Origin: Malacoraja senta
Lineage: Eukaryota
Reading direction: 5' to 3'
Length of the DNA: 64,000 nucleotides
NCBI GenBank assembly: GCA_038087875.1
Contig: CM075999.1
Span: 3,908,001 to 3,972,000 of the forward strand
Shown: positions 36,851-50,003 of the stretch, one piece after another
Position numbering within the stretch: the first letter of the stretch is position 1
How the letters are laid out: each line of letters starts with the position of its first letter
Notes under the pieces: generated by a model
Seen by the model: only the letters and a program-made list of their open reading frames with translations
The model's database searches: none
Told to the model about the DNA's origin: nothing
Translations under genes and position numbers: made by a program

Positions 36851-37267
36851 ATAGTCTGCAATATCTGTCCTTCATACACATTGTGTCTATTATCTGTCTT
36901 TTATATGTGTATAAAATCATTCATGTGGAGCAGGATTACATCATAATTCACTTGAAAGCAGATGTTTTTATTACCGGGAAAAGAGCAATAAATTTTCAGT
37001 GGCCATGTAACTCCTGTTGGTCTGTACACACGAGCTCATTTGTGCAGCTTCACCAACATGTCAAAGACTGAGTGAACTGGAGTGGCGCTTCAAAGATACC
37101 ACACATTAAATGACAATAGCAATTTGTTCCCATTGTTCATCAAAAGCCTGTACTGACCATCGGGAGAATTGTACGCAGACGCAAGAGACGGCAGATGCTG
37201 GAGCAAAAAACAAAGTGCTGGAGAAACTCAGTGGGTCAGGCAGCATCTCTGGAGAACATGGATAGGT

Positions 37268-37295
37268 GACGTTTCGGGTCGGGACCCTTCTTCAG
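37268..37295 (-). ncRNA. Minimal hammerhead ribozyme-like core in a non-autonomous PLE terminus
   Basis: Reverse complement reads CTGAAGAAGGGTCCCGACCCGAAACGTC (GUC cleavage triplet). Confidence 0.65.
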
Positions 37296-38269
37296 ACGGA
37301 TTGTAGGGGTGCGGGGAGGGGAAAGAAAGCTGGGAGAGAGGATAGGCAGGACAGAGTGTGGCAGGTAAAATGTAGACACAGGCAAGGGAGGTGTTTGATA
37401 GGCAAATGGTTGGATGCTCCACAGATGCTGCCTGGCCCACTGAGTTTCACCAGCACTTTCTGTTTTGCTGCGATGATTATTCAGAATTTAATTATTTCCT
37501 TCAAAGTATTTCAGCAGATCCACTGGGTGAAGTCTGCTGTTTTTTTACCGGTGAACATAGCAGGCAGTTTGTAATAGTAAACAGCAATCAGATGATGACC
37601 TTGACTAACTTACTTTTGGTGTTTTTATCTGGCCAGAATTCTCTGGGAACTGACAATTCTACAAATAGCTCTGTGAACCAATGGAAAAGGCTTCAGTTTA
37701 AGGTCTGATGAGCAGTCCATCTGTCTCATCAGCACACTAACCATAGAACACAGATCATATGTCATAGAACATAGAACTTAGATCGTAGAACATAGATCAT
37801 AGAACCTAGAAAGCTGGAAGAGAGAAACAGGACAGAGCGTGGCAGGTAATAGATGGACACAGGTGAGGGAGGGAGGGTTTGTTCATAAATCATAGAGCAT
37901 AGAACAGTACAGCACAGGAACTGGCCCTTCGGCCCACATTGTGCCAAACATAATGCCATGATGAACTAACCTCTGCCTGCATGTGAACCATGTCCCTCCA
38001 TATCCACGTGCCTATCTAAAAGCCTCTTAAACACCGCTATCGTATCTGCCTCCTCCAGCAGCGGGTTCCAGGCACCCACCACACTCTGGGTAAAAAACCT
38101 ATCTCACATATCTCCTTTGACCTTTTCCCCTCTTACCTGAAAACTATGCCCTCTAGTCCTTGACATTTCCATCACTGGATAAAGGTTCTGCATGTCGACC
38201 GTATCTATTCCTCTCATAATTGTACATACTTCTATCGGGTTTCCATGGTATCACCACAGGTTATATATT

Positions 38270-38900
38270 TAGGGTGGTGAATCTGTGGAATTCATTGCCA
38301 AAGAAGGCTGTGGAGGCCGTCAATGGATATTTTAAAGGCAGAGATAGATAAATTCTTGATTAGTACAGGTGTCAGGAGTTATGGGGAGAAGGCAGGAGAA
38401 TGGGGTAAGGAGGGAGAGATAGATCAGCCATGATTGAGTGGTGGAATAGACGATGGGCTGAATGGCCTAATTCTGCTCTGATCACATATGACCTTATATT
38501 CCAAGTTCTGGACTGGGCTAGGATTAGAGATGAACACCCCACCTCTGAGGGGCAATGGGGCAAAGTCATTCCTTAGCAAGTGGACAACATAGGAGAAGTG
38601 CCAGGAAATATTTGTGTGAATATGAACTGGGACATATTGACTGGAGAAGCACTTTGGGGACTACGGACTGTGGTGATACCATGGTCTGTGGAATTCTCCG
38701 CCTCAGAGGGCGGTGGAGGCAGGTTCTCTGGATGCTTTCAAGAGAGAGCTAGATAGGGCTCTTAAAAACAGCGGAGGCAGGGAATATGGGGAGAAGGCAG
38801 GAACGGGGTACTGATTGGGGATGATCAGCCATGATCACATTGAATGGCGGTGCTGGCTCGAAGGGCCGAATGGCCTACTCCTGCACCTATTGTCTATTGA
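38270..38900 (+). mobile_element. Two CR1-type LINE 3' fragments (~38270-38490 and ~38685-38900)
   Basis: GTGGAATTC...GGGCYGAATGGCCTA tail motifs. Confidence 0.75.
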
Positions 38901-39389
38901 CTAAGAAGGGAAGGGTGGTAAGGCTGGTATTTTAACAGCATGACATCAACTCTCTCATGGGGAAAGGTCTTTGTACTTTCGCTTAAAAAGCCGCAGCATC
39001 TGCCGTTTCTGTGCGTCCAAACATCACAGCAAACTAGTTATGGATAAGTAACAAACCATTATCCATGGATTAACTAGTTTGGGTTACGCTGGTTCATTAA
39101 TCTCTTTCTTCTCCAGTCCCCTGTCCGTGTGAAGTGCTGCATTCATTACTGATCGCTTGCAGTGCCGGGGACTGATCCGGCGATATATTGTACGGGAACA
39201 TCATGTTTATGGATGAGTGTCAAACATCTTACAATTTCACATCAATTACACTGAAGCCTGTTCCTCGGTTACTGCTACATGAGGTTCTTATAAGGAAGGA
39301 TATGTATAGCCTTTTGCCGCTATGACCATCTTCTTCTGTTCAATCCATGAGATTGAAGTATGAAATGAAAAGATTTGTATAAATGTCAA

Positions 39390-39930
39390 GAGTCAATAGT
39401 CAAGAGAGTTTAATTGTTATATAGTGTATATTCCCAACAGGACAATGAAATTCTTGCTTGCTGCAGTTTAACAGGCCCATAAACGCAATAACACACTGAT
39501 AAATATACAGTGATCAAGTATACAATAAATTAACAATCAGTAATATGATGTAACCATTATGGTGAAAAACTGAAGTCTGTAATGCAACCAAAGACACAGT
39601 CCATAGAAGATCACAGTTGTTCATTTTTGTGTTTTTGTGTTGTGCCGTGTTCAAGAGCCCGATGGTTGTTGGGAAGAAGCTATTCTTGAACCTGGAGGTC
39701 ACGGTTTTCAGGCTCCTGTACATTCTTCCCCATGGTAGCAGCGAGATGGGAGCATGGCCAGGGTGGTGTGGGTCTCTGTTGATATTGGCTGCCTTTTTGA
39801 GGCAGCGCCTCCTGTAGATCCCTTCGCTGGTGGGGAGGTCAGTACCTGTGATGGACCGGGCAGTGTCCACCACTCTCTGTAATCGCCTTCGTTCCTTTGT
39901 GTCCGAGTTCGAGTTACTGAACCAGGCCGG
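39390..39930 (-). mobile_element. Rex1/Babar-like LINE 3' fragment
   Basis: ORF 39514..39999 AWF...LQRVVDTARSITG...DPHHPGH...FKNSFFPTTIGLLN. Confidence 0.8.
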
Positions 39931-41231
39931 CATGCTGTGCACTGTACACGTGTGGATGCTGAGCAAGATCTCCCATCTGAGCTGGTCCCATTTACCCATG
40001 CCTGGTCCGTATCACTCTAAACATTTCCTCTCCACGTATCCATGGATGGTGAAAGGGGAAGAGGAAAAGGACAGATGTTAGACCCATAGAGTTTTACAGC
40101 TCGGAAAATGACCCGTCGGCCCATCGTGCTGGTCCCGTCTGCCAGTATTTGGCCCAGAGCCCCGTGGATCTTTATATCCGTGTAGACAGGTGATCTAGCG
40201 ACTCATTGCATTTCTTCTGATCTGCGTTTATTTGGATAAAGTGACGGCTGCCCTTTAATCCGAACGCCATTTCCTGCAACACCCACTTCTGATTCCCTTC
40301 ATATCAGTAAACCTCCCGGCCCGTTTTTACATAACAAAGTTATGGCTGTGTTTTATGCTTCACGCGATAGAGCTCTCTGATCGGCGATGGAGATTTATAC
40401 CAGGAGGAGGCATGCACAATATGGTCCCCACTTCTCCCAGCCTCAAGCTCAGACAGACAGGGGGAGACAATTAAACCAAGCATTTAGACCAACCTTATAT
40501 CTAAATGCTTTAGTAGATCCCTTCCCACAGAGCAGAATGCTAATACTATAAATGTGACTCCAGCAATATTGAAAGTCTGCACACTGAGGATGTAGCTCAC
40601 GGTTTTTGTTCTGTGTATTTTTTATTCTGAATAAAGTTTAAATAAAAAATTTAAAAACAATATCCTCACAGAGCAAAAGCAACAAGAATATCTTCATCAT
40701 TATATGACAAAACAAAGATGACTTTCACCTTTGTGGTCTGGATGGGGAATGTTTAGATTACATTAAAAATTGAATATTATTCTTTTAATTGGTCAAGATT
40801 CCTTTCTTTAAATGAAAATGTAAATGTTTATCACTAAATGTTAACGCTGGTTCTGGAAATCCAGCCTCATTCTCTGTGCACCAGGAAGCAGACTAGAGCT
40901 GGCCACAGATGACAGAGTGAACATGAAGAGTGTGTCTTTGCCCATTGCAGGTGTCTGCGTCGCTCACAATGGGTGCGGGGAGCTCCGCGCACACACACAC
41001 CCCATGTGTATCCGTCTCATATCAATCCCTCAGGAGGCTACGGGAAACAGAACCACAGGCACCAAACCACTGAAGCAGATTCTCTTTGAGATCGGACTTA
41101 ACCCCTTCAGACCTCCGCCACTGCATGTTCATTTAATCCCCACATTTCTCTTATTAATTACAACTGTCTGCACATTCAGAATGTGATATTAAAGATGGTG
41201 CTGGATCTGACCTGACAGCATGTTAATGGGA

Positions 41232-41425
41232 AAGAGACACAGAGTGTTGGAGTAACTCAGCGGGTCAGGCAGCATCGCTGGAGAAAAGGAATATGTGATG
41301 TTTCAGGAAGAGACCCTTCTTCAGACTGAAGAAGGGTTCTTCAGAGATGCTGCCTGACCCGCTGAGTTACTTCAGCTTTGTGTGTATAGCTTCAGTGTAA
41401 AGCAGCATCTGCAGTTCCTTCCTCC
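41232..41425. mobile_element. Fold-back non-autonomous element made of two inverted PLE termini
   Basis: Inverted arms; 17-bp direct repeat ACAGCATGTTAATGGGA at 41215-41231 and 41426-41442. Confidence 0.75.
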
Positions 41426-42779
41426 ACAGCATGTTAATGGGACTGTGTGGTATTGTGAACTAGAGCGCAACAAAATCTGTTTGTACCACTCTTGGGTTGA
41501 CCTGAGGGGTTCTAAGCATCTCGTTGACCAGGTCCCGTCATACAGAAATCAAGCATCTAATTGTCATGTGTACCGGCATAGGAACAATTGCCGGAAGAAG
41601 GGTTTCGGCCCGAAACGTTACCTATTTCCTTCGCTCCATAGATGCTGCTGCACCCGCTGAGTTTCTCCAGCATTTTTGTGTACCTAGGAACAATTAAATA
41701 CTTACTCTCGCTGCAGCTTCACAGGCCCATAAACACAACAACACACAGATAAATTTAACACGATAAATTAATAATATATATAGGTAACCATAAAAGCGCA
41801 AAACTCGAGTTTGTAGTGCAAGCACAGACACAGTTGCTGAGGTCAGTGTTGTGCAGTGTTCAAGAGCCTGATGATTGTTGGGAAGAAGCTGTTCTTGAAC
41901 CTGGAGGTCACGGTTTTCAGCTTCCTTCTTCCCGAGGTCGAGATCGGCCGCCTCACCCGGCACAGGCGCCACATTTTTGGGGGGTCTTCCGGGGAGCGGA
42001 TTGCATGTGCGCTCTCCTAAAATTAAAGAAGGTGCCAGACCAGCATATGCCGGAAAAGCGGTGGTGGACCCGTCATCAGGAACAAGAACGTGGCATGAAT
42101 GTAACAACAAAAACCCGCGTGAACCCGATGACACGAGAGAAGAGAAATTCAGATTTATCCTCGTTTGCTTCGCATTGATAATCCCCCACCTGTCAGATGA
42201 ATGGATCTGGTTTAATTGTTGATCTCGCTACAGCATCGTTTGTGAGTCCAAGGTTGGACGTGGGATATGCCCCCATCGTTTATAGTTACTGGAAATAAGC
42301 TTTCACACATTTTACGGGATATTATTGCATCGTGTTTCACGTTGTAACTTTGCACATTTTCCGATGGTAACATTACAAACGCAGGGAGTGACTGGGGGTG
42401 ACATATCATGGGGCATAATATTAGCATGTGTTGAAATGTGCGTGGTCTATGTAGGTCCCGGAGGCTGCAGCGGCAGCTTCACCGTGCATTATTCACAAAG
42501 GCATCTGCATATCGGTTGCAGGCATGGAGCTTGTTCATTAAGAGTTTAATGTATTCAGAAATGCAGCCCAGTCATCAATGATTTAGCAAGTTGTAAAGCG
42601 ACCGTGTGAAGAGAGGAGCTCATTCATTATTCACCTGTCCATTTTACTTATATTTCTATTTTTATCGTGCGGGCCTGTGTTTATCAGCAGCTAGCGAGGA
42701 GGCTTCCCATGGCTGCTTCTGACTTGCAGAAACAAATGAAAAATACACGATACCACATGGACAGTAGTGAAAAGTGGAA

Positions 42780-43140
42780 TAGTGAAAGGCCTGGATAGAG
42801 TGGATGTGGAGAGGATGTTTCCACTAGTGGGAGAGTCTAGGACCAGAGGGCACAGGCTCAGAATTAATGGACGTTCATTTAGAAAAGGAGATGAGGAGGA
42901 ATTTCTTTAGTCAGCGGGTGGTGAATCTGTGGAATTTATTGCCATAGATAGCTGTGGAGGCCAAGTCAATGGATAGTTTTAAGGCAGAGATAGATAGATT
43001 CTTGATTATTATGGGTGTCAGAGGTTATGGGGATAAGGCAGGAGAATGGGGTTGAGAGGGAAAGATAGATCAGCTATGATTGAATGGTGGAGTAGACTTG
43101 ATGGGCCGAATGGCCTAATTCTGCTCCTATAATTTATGAA
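42780..43140 (+). mobile_element. CR1-type LINE 3' fragment
   Basis: Matches 9020-9380. Confidence 0.8.
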
Positions 43141-45243
43141 TTTATTACAAATGCAATGTGTGGGGATCGTTGCTCGGCATGGACTCTGTGGGCTGAAGTG
43201 CCTGTTTCCGCACTGTATCTCTGAACTAAATTGTAATTTCACTAATCTCCTAATTTTAAACTAGCAGATGCTAGTTTAAACCGAAGATAGACACAAAATG
43301 CTGGGGTAACTCAGGGGAAAAGGCAGCTTTTGTGGAGAGAAGAAATGGGTGACATTTCAGGTCAAGACCATCAGTCTGAAGAATGGTCTCGACCCGAAAC
43401 GTCACCTGTTCCTTCTCTCCAGAGATGTTACCTGTACTGCTGAGTTATTCCAGCATTTTGAGTCTATCAGTAGTTCAGGACTGCTCTCTAGTTGTGGTAG
43501 GGCGGTTCAGTTGCCTGATAACAGCTGGGAAGAAGCTGTCCCTGAATCTGGATGTGTGTGTTTTCCCACTTCTATACTCACTCGATCACTCTATCTCTCC
43601 CCCACCCAAGTCGCACCAGCTTCTCGTTTTCACCCAATAAACAGCTAACAATGGGCCTGTTTCCTTCATCATCGTTATTATTTTTGCATATCTTTCATTC
43701 ATTCGTTCTATATCTCTCTGCAACATCGTCTATATCTCGTTTCCCTTTCCTGTGACTCTCAGTCTGAGGAAGGGTCTCGACTCGAAACATCACCCATTCC
43801 TTCTCTCCAGAGATGCTGCCTGTCCCGCTGAGTTACACCAGCATTTTGTGTCTATATCTTCGGTTTAAACCAGCATCCGCAGTTACTTGCTACACATATC
43901 AAAGTGATCCCGCAATCTACTGACGCATGGTCATTGACAGTTTGCAGCAGCATCCATGCTGGAAGTAACATATCTCTTGGCTCCTCCTGGTGTTCGTGGC
44001 TGCTCCCTCTCAGCTGCTGGAGAGCAGAGGCTCCATATTATGTCGCGGGTTGATTATTAATATAGAGCATCGTTCCCTGGCCTGGAGGAGAATAGCATTA
44101 TGTAATTAGTGTTACAGTAACACTGGGCCTTTCTCTACCTGAAGAGCACCAGAATACTTATGTTCAATCAACTACAGATTGAAATTCACACCAGCATATT
44201 ATAGCTTCAGGCGAGCAAAATATTAGTCAGGCTATTAAATTGCAAACGTAGTGAGACAGGTTGGCATCGCTTCTTTTCATTATTCATTCCTTGTCACAAC
44301 AGCAAATTTTCATCCGAAACTTCACTTGTAATAATTTGCTAAATTTTATAACGTGATTTTATTGTAGAAGAAGGCAGGGAGAGTAGATTAAAGTATGATA
44401 ACTTGGTTTATAAAGTATGTTGATGGGGTAATAAATATCCTGCCGGTAGATAGACTGTAGCTGAGTGTAGGTGTAAGGTCTAGTCAGTTTCAGAGCGTGT
44501 AACTGCATATGACCACACACTGACCACACTCTACCCTTCCCATGCCTGCCTTAGCTGATAGCAACAGGGAAACCATCTCATATCAGGATTGGTCTATTGA
44601 TTTGATTGTATATGTAGTAGTGAGTTGCAAAGCCAAATCGGTTACAGTTACACGTTCGTGTATTGTCACGTGTACCGGGGTACAGTGTAAACTTTATATG
44701 AAATGAAAATCATCCATCTCACATCAAAATGCAGTCAAAATTAGCCAGCACACAATACCCAAAAATGTTTGTACACAAACATGGAATGTAGAGCAGTACA
44801 GCTTGTAGGAAGGAACTGTAGATGCTGGTTTATACTGAAGGTAGACACAAAATGCTGGAGTAACTCAGCGGGACAGGCAGCATCTCTGGAGAAGAGGAAT
44901 GGGTGATGTTTCGGGTCGAGACTCATCTTTGGCCTGAGCGGGAAGCATGTGACAGACTGGGCTGTGCAGGTGCAGACGGTCAAGACCAGACCAGAGCTGA
45001 CGTACGGGGCTGAGATGCACCTCTTCAGTTTACTACACAGTCGAGAACAACCTTGTGGACCTGCCCAATCTCATCAGTCATCTAAGAAAGACAAAATGCT
45101 GACGTGCTTCCCTAATCACCGTACCAGTGTGAATGGACCAGGTTAGGTTGCTGGTTGCCGAGGAACCTCTAGCTGTCGGCCATCTCTACAGCAGCTTGGA
45201 TGAAGCTGGTCACCCTCTCGATCCATTAGGTCAATAAGCATGG

Positions 45244-45544
45244 TGGGTGGCGCAGCGGGTAGAGTTGCTACCGCACAGCGCCAGAGACCCTGGTTCAATC
45301 CTGACTATGGGTGCTGTCTGTGCGGAGTTTGCAAGTTCTCCCCGTGACACGTGTGGGTTTTCTCCGGGTGCGCCGGTTTCCTCCCACACTCCTACTATGT
45401 GCAGGTTTGTAGGTTAATTTGCTTGGGTACAAATTGTAAATTGTCCCTAGTGTGTGTAAGATAGTGTTAGTGTGCGGGGATCGCTGGTCTGCGCGGCTTC
45501 GGTGGGCCGAAGGGCCTGTTTCTGCGCTGTATCTCTAAACTAAA
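45244..45544 (+). mobile_element. tRNA-derived V-SINE (HE1-like)
   Basis: Same architecture. Confidence 0.8.
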
Positions 45545-45549
45545 CCAAC

Positions 45550-46720
45550 ATCTTGTTGCATTAAGGGCCAGGACGTTTTTCTGACTCCGTGACGCGAGAT
45601 CCCCATTCTCTGTCTCATCTTCGTTGTCAAGAGGGACGTTATCAGGGAATTTAACGATGGAGGTGGCGCTGAGCTTGGCCACACGGTCACCGATGTGTAG
45701 GGAGCAGAGCGGGGAGCAGAGCGGGGAGCAGAGTGGGGGGCAGAGCGGGGAGCAGAGCGGGGGTGGCAGAGTGGGGGGCAGAGCGGGGGGGGGGGCAGAG
45801 CGGGGGGCAGAGTGGGGGGGGCAGAGTGGGGGGGCAGAGCGGGGGGCAGAGTGGGGGGGCAGAGCGGGGAGCAGAGCGGGGGTGGCAGAGTGGGGGGCAG
45901 AGCGGGGGGGGGGGCAGAGCGGGGGGCAGAGTGGGGGGGGCAGAGTGGGGGGGCAGAGCGGGGGGCAGAGTGGGGGGGGGCAGAGCGGGGAGCAGAGCGG
46001 GGGGGGGCAGAGCGGGGGGCAGAGCGGGGAGCAGAGCGGGGGGGGGGGCAGAGTGGGGGGGGGCAGAGCGGGGGGGGGGGGCAGAGTGGGGGGCAGAGCG
46101 GGGGGGGCAGAGCGGGGGGCAGAGCGGGGGGGGGCAGAGTGGGGGGGGGCAGAGTGGGGGGCAGAGCGGGGGGGGCAGAGCGGGGAGCAGAGCGGGGGGG
46201 GCAGAGTGGGGGGGGGCAGAGTGGGGGGGGGGCAGAGTGGGGGGGGCAGAGTGGGGGGGGGCAGAGCGGGGGGGGCAGAGCGGGGGGGCAGAGCGGGGGG
46301 GGCAGAGCGGGGGGCAGAGCGGGGGGGGGCAGAGCGGGGGGGCAGAGCGGGGGGCAGAGCGGGGGGGAGCAGAGCGGGGGGCAGAGCGGGGGCAGAGCGG
46401 GGGGGGACATAGCGGGGGGCAGAGCGGGGGCAGAGCGGGGGGCAGAGCGGGGGGGGAGAGAGCGGGGGGGGGCAGAGCGGGGGGGGGCAGAGCGGGGGGC
46501 AAAGCGGGGGGAGCAGAGCGGGGGGGGGGCAGAGCGGGGCAGAGCAGCGACAGAGTGGTGGAAGAGCGGGAGACTGAACACGCACTGAGGGGCATCAGGG
46601 CCGAGGGGAGGGTACAGGAAACGTTATGGCCAATTGGAACTGACTGAGTTGTGCCGGTGGGGTAGTCCATTGTAGATGGAGGTCCCTGGGCAAGGTCTGG
46701 ATGTCAATCTGACCAGCTAG
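45550..46720 (-). mobile_element. Decayed Rex1-like RT fragment split by the minisatellite
   Basis: Flanks translate to DYPTGTTQSVPIGHNVSCTL... and SLHIGDRVAKLSATSIVKFPDN, resembling the segments before and after the RT QG/SP motif up to KFADD. Confidence 0.6.
45700..46546 (+). repeat. G-rich minisatellite (GCAGAGY followed by a variable G run), strong G-quadruplex potential
   Basis: Roughly 60 units of 11-18 nt with variable G runs. Confidence 0.97.
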
Positions 46721-46744
46721 CATGAGTTCATAAATTCATGTTCA

Positions 46745-47210
46745 TAAGTGATAGGAGCAGAATTAGGCCATTTGGCCCATCAAGTCTACTCCACCATTCA
46801 ATCATGGCTGATCTATCTCTCCCTCCTAACCCCATTCTCCTGCCTTCTCCCCATAACCCCTGACACCCGCACTAATAAAGAATCTATCTATCTATGCCTT
46901 AAACATATCCATTGACTTGGCCTCCACAGCCGTCTGTGGCAAAGAATTCCACAGGTTCACCACCTACTGACTAAAGAAATTCCTCCTCATCTTCTTCCTA
47001 AAGTAATGTCCTTTACTTCTGAGGCTGTGACCTCTAGTCCTAGACTCTCCCACTAGTGGAAACATCCTCTCCACATCCACTCAGTCCAGGCCTTTCACTA
47101 TTCGGTAGGTTTCAATGAAGTCCCCCTCATCCTTCTTAAAACTCCAGAGAGAACAGGCCCAGTGCTGTCAAAAATGCTCATCATAGGTTAACCCACTCAT
47201 TCCTGCGATC
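46745..47210 (-). mobile_element. CR1-type LINE 3' fragment
   Basis: Reverse complement similar to 8910-9385. Confidence 0.8.
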
Positions 47211-47224
47211 GTTCTCGTAATATT

Positions 47225-47655
47225 AGTTTAGTTTAGTTTAGTTTATTGTCATGTGTACAAAAAGCTTTTGTTGTGTGATAACTAGTCAGCGGAAAGACTA
47301 TACATGTTTATAATATAGCCATCCACATGATAAAGGGAATAACGTTTAGTGCAAGATAAAGTTCAATAAAGTCCGATTAAAGACAGTCCAAGGGTCTCCA
47401 ATGAGGTAGATAGTAGCTCAGTACCACTCTCTAGTTGGTGAGAGGATGGTTCAGTTGCCTATTACCAGCCGGGAAGAAACTGTCCCTGAATCTGGAGGTG
47501 TGCGTTTTCACACTTCTGTACCTCTTGCCCGATGGGAGAGGGGAGAAGAGGGAGTGGCCGGGGTGAGACTGGTCCTTGATGATGCTGCTGGCCTTGCCGA
47601 GGCTGCGTGAGGTGTAGATGGAGTCGATGGAAGGGAGGTTGGTTGGTGTGATGGA
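47225..47655 (-). mobile_element. Rex1/Babar-like LINE 3' fragment (second subfamily)
   Basis: Reverse complement similar to 49560-50003; (CTAAA)n tail. Confidence 0.75.
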
Positions 47656-47957
47656 ATCTGTAGCGGAAATGGGAAATGTTTCAACTTATTCTGATCAACT
47701 ATTCTCTTCCACGAAGCAGAATATTCTTTCAATATTCCACAAAGTACATTAGTTAAAACAAAGCATTGAATTCTCCCATTGACTGTATAATTGAGTTCAC
47801 TCTATACTTAATGAAACCAAGGCTGTGTAAACAGTTAAACAGGGATTCACTTTGCTTTACATCCACATTGCTGAGAAGAACTGCTGGTTTATTACTGAGG
47901 TGAGTCTCGTTAAGATCTGCACCAAATCAGAAACAAAGTGCAGGAAACTTGCGTAGA

Positions 47958-48565
47958 ACACAGAGTGTTGGAGTAACACAGCGGGTCAGGCAGCATCTGT
48001 GGAGAACATGGATAGGTAACGTTTCACAGAGTGCTGGAGTAACTCAGCAGGTCAGGCAGCATCTGTGGAGAACATGGATAGGTGACGTTTCACAGAGTGC
48101 TGGAGTAACTCAGCGGGCCAGGCAGCATCTGTGGAGCGAAGGAAATGGGCAACCTTTCGGGCCGAAACCCTGAAGGAAATAGGCAACGTTTCGGGCCGAA
48201 ACCCGGAAGGGTTTCGGGCCGAAACGTTGCCTATTTCCTTCGCTCCATAGATGCTGCCGCACCCGCTGAGTTTTTCCAGCATTTTGGTCTACCTTATCAT
48301 TTATAGTGTGGTTCCGTATAGCTTACAAAGCACAGAAGTACACTGTGCCAGAGTAACTCAGCGGGTCAGGCAGCATCTGTGGAGAACATGGATATGTGAT
48401 GTTTCACAGAGTGCTGGAGTAACTCAGCGGGTCAGGCAGCATCTCTGGAGAACATGGATAGGTGACGTTTTGGGACGGAACCTTTCTTCAGATTGAAGAA
48501 GGGTCCATGGCCTACCTATGTCTTCCAGAGATGCTGCCTGGCCTGCCGAGTTCCTCCAGCATTCA
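47958..48565. repeat. Composite of 66-nt tandem PLE-terminal units, an inverted PLE terminus and a spacer
   Basis: Unit CACAGAGTGCTGGAGTAACTCAGCGGGTCAGGCAGCATCTGTGGAGAACATGGATAGGTGACGTTT repeated; core duplicated at 58095-58585. Confidence 0.8.
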
Positions 48566-49469
48566 GTTTTCTGCAATAAATCACTGGCTCATTGTGCCAC
48601 AGCCTGGTGTTGGTGGGTGTGGGCTCGAACTGTGGGTGGTCACAGATACAACAGGCCCAGATGCATTTCCACACTTTAACCACGGGAGTTTACAGAGATG
48701 AATGGGACTGAGGAAGAAGGGGATAAAATTTATGAGGGATCGTAACTTAAGCCCTTTAGTGTCAACTTTACAAGACTGAACGTCAGGCGTAATTTCAGAC
48801 CAGGCGGCCACGATTGGAAGCGTCAGCTTCCTGAGCTGTGAGTTATTCACCCGTTAACCCTGCAGCTCTGCTCTTTAAATAATTGAAAAATTACTAATTT
48901 CTCATGCCAATATGCCCCAAGTAAACTCGTGTTGTTCAATTGTTTATTGCGATAAGGGATGGCAGACCTGGGATGGACTGTCCTTCACATGTTACTACCT
49001 GACATTATTGAGTCGCACAGTTTCTGAAGCTTCGTTTACCAGGACAGTCACAAGGTGCTGGAGCAACTCATCGGGATGGGCAGCATCTCTGGAGAAAAGG
49101 AATAGGCGACGTTTCGGGTTGAGACCCTTCTTCAAACTGAGAGTCGGGAGAGGGGAACGAGAGATATTTACCAGGTTGTATTTGCATGACAAATTATTTT
49201 GAATTTCCTCAGCCTGTCTCTGAGATGAGTTCATTTAATGCCAGTCACACTGAACATCCATTGAAAGGTGAACTTGAATTTGTAACATCATAAATATGGA
49301 AGTAGGGTGTGGATTGTCAACGTCGCTGTCCATTCCCTCTGCCAGGGTGGTTGGAAGGTTCAATGGAGCATTCACTGTCACATGTGCAAAGTGAGACTCC
49401 TTTCTGACAAACAGTCCAGTAGAGTATAGCCATACCTAAGCTCATCCCATTAGCAAATTGTACAGGATT

Positions 49470-50003
49470 TTATCGGAGTGCATCACAGCACGGTTTGGGA
49501 AGAACTCCATTCAAGACCGCAAGAAATTGCAGAGAATTGTGGACACAGCCCAGACCATCACACAACCTCCCTTCCATTGACTCCATCTACACTTCACACT
49601 GCCTCGGCAAGGCCAGCAGCATCATCAAGGACGAGTCGCACCCCGGCCACTCCCTCTTCTCCCCTCTCCCATCAGGCAAAAGGTACAGAAGTGTGAAAAC
49701 GCACACCTCCAGATTCAGGGACAGTTTCTACCCAGCTGTTATCAGGCAACTGAACCGTCCTCTCACCAACTAGAGAGCGGTCGTGAACTACCATCTACCA
49801 CATAGGAGACGCTCGGACTATCTTTGATCAGACTTTACTGGACTTTATTTTGCACTAAATGTTTTTCATGTTATTCCCTTTATCCTGTATCTATACACTG
49901 TGGACGGCTGGATTGTAATCATGTATTGTCTTTCCGCTGACTGGTTAGCACGCAACAAAAGCTTTTCACTGTACCTTGGTACACGTGACAATAAACTAAA
50001 CTG
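49470..50003 (+). mobile_element. Rex1/Babar-like LINE 3' fragment (second subfamily)
   Basis: ORF 49495..49773 IIKDESHPGHSLFSPLPSGKRYRSVKTHTSRFRDSFYPAVIRQLN. Confidence 0.8.

Noticed and set aside
45467..46670. Six long Pro-rich or Gly-rich ORFs (258-372 aa)
   Set aside because: Artefact of a stop-free minisatellite that is open in all six frames
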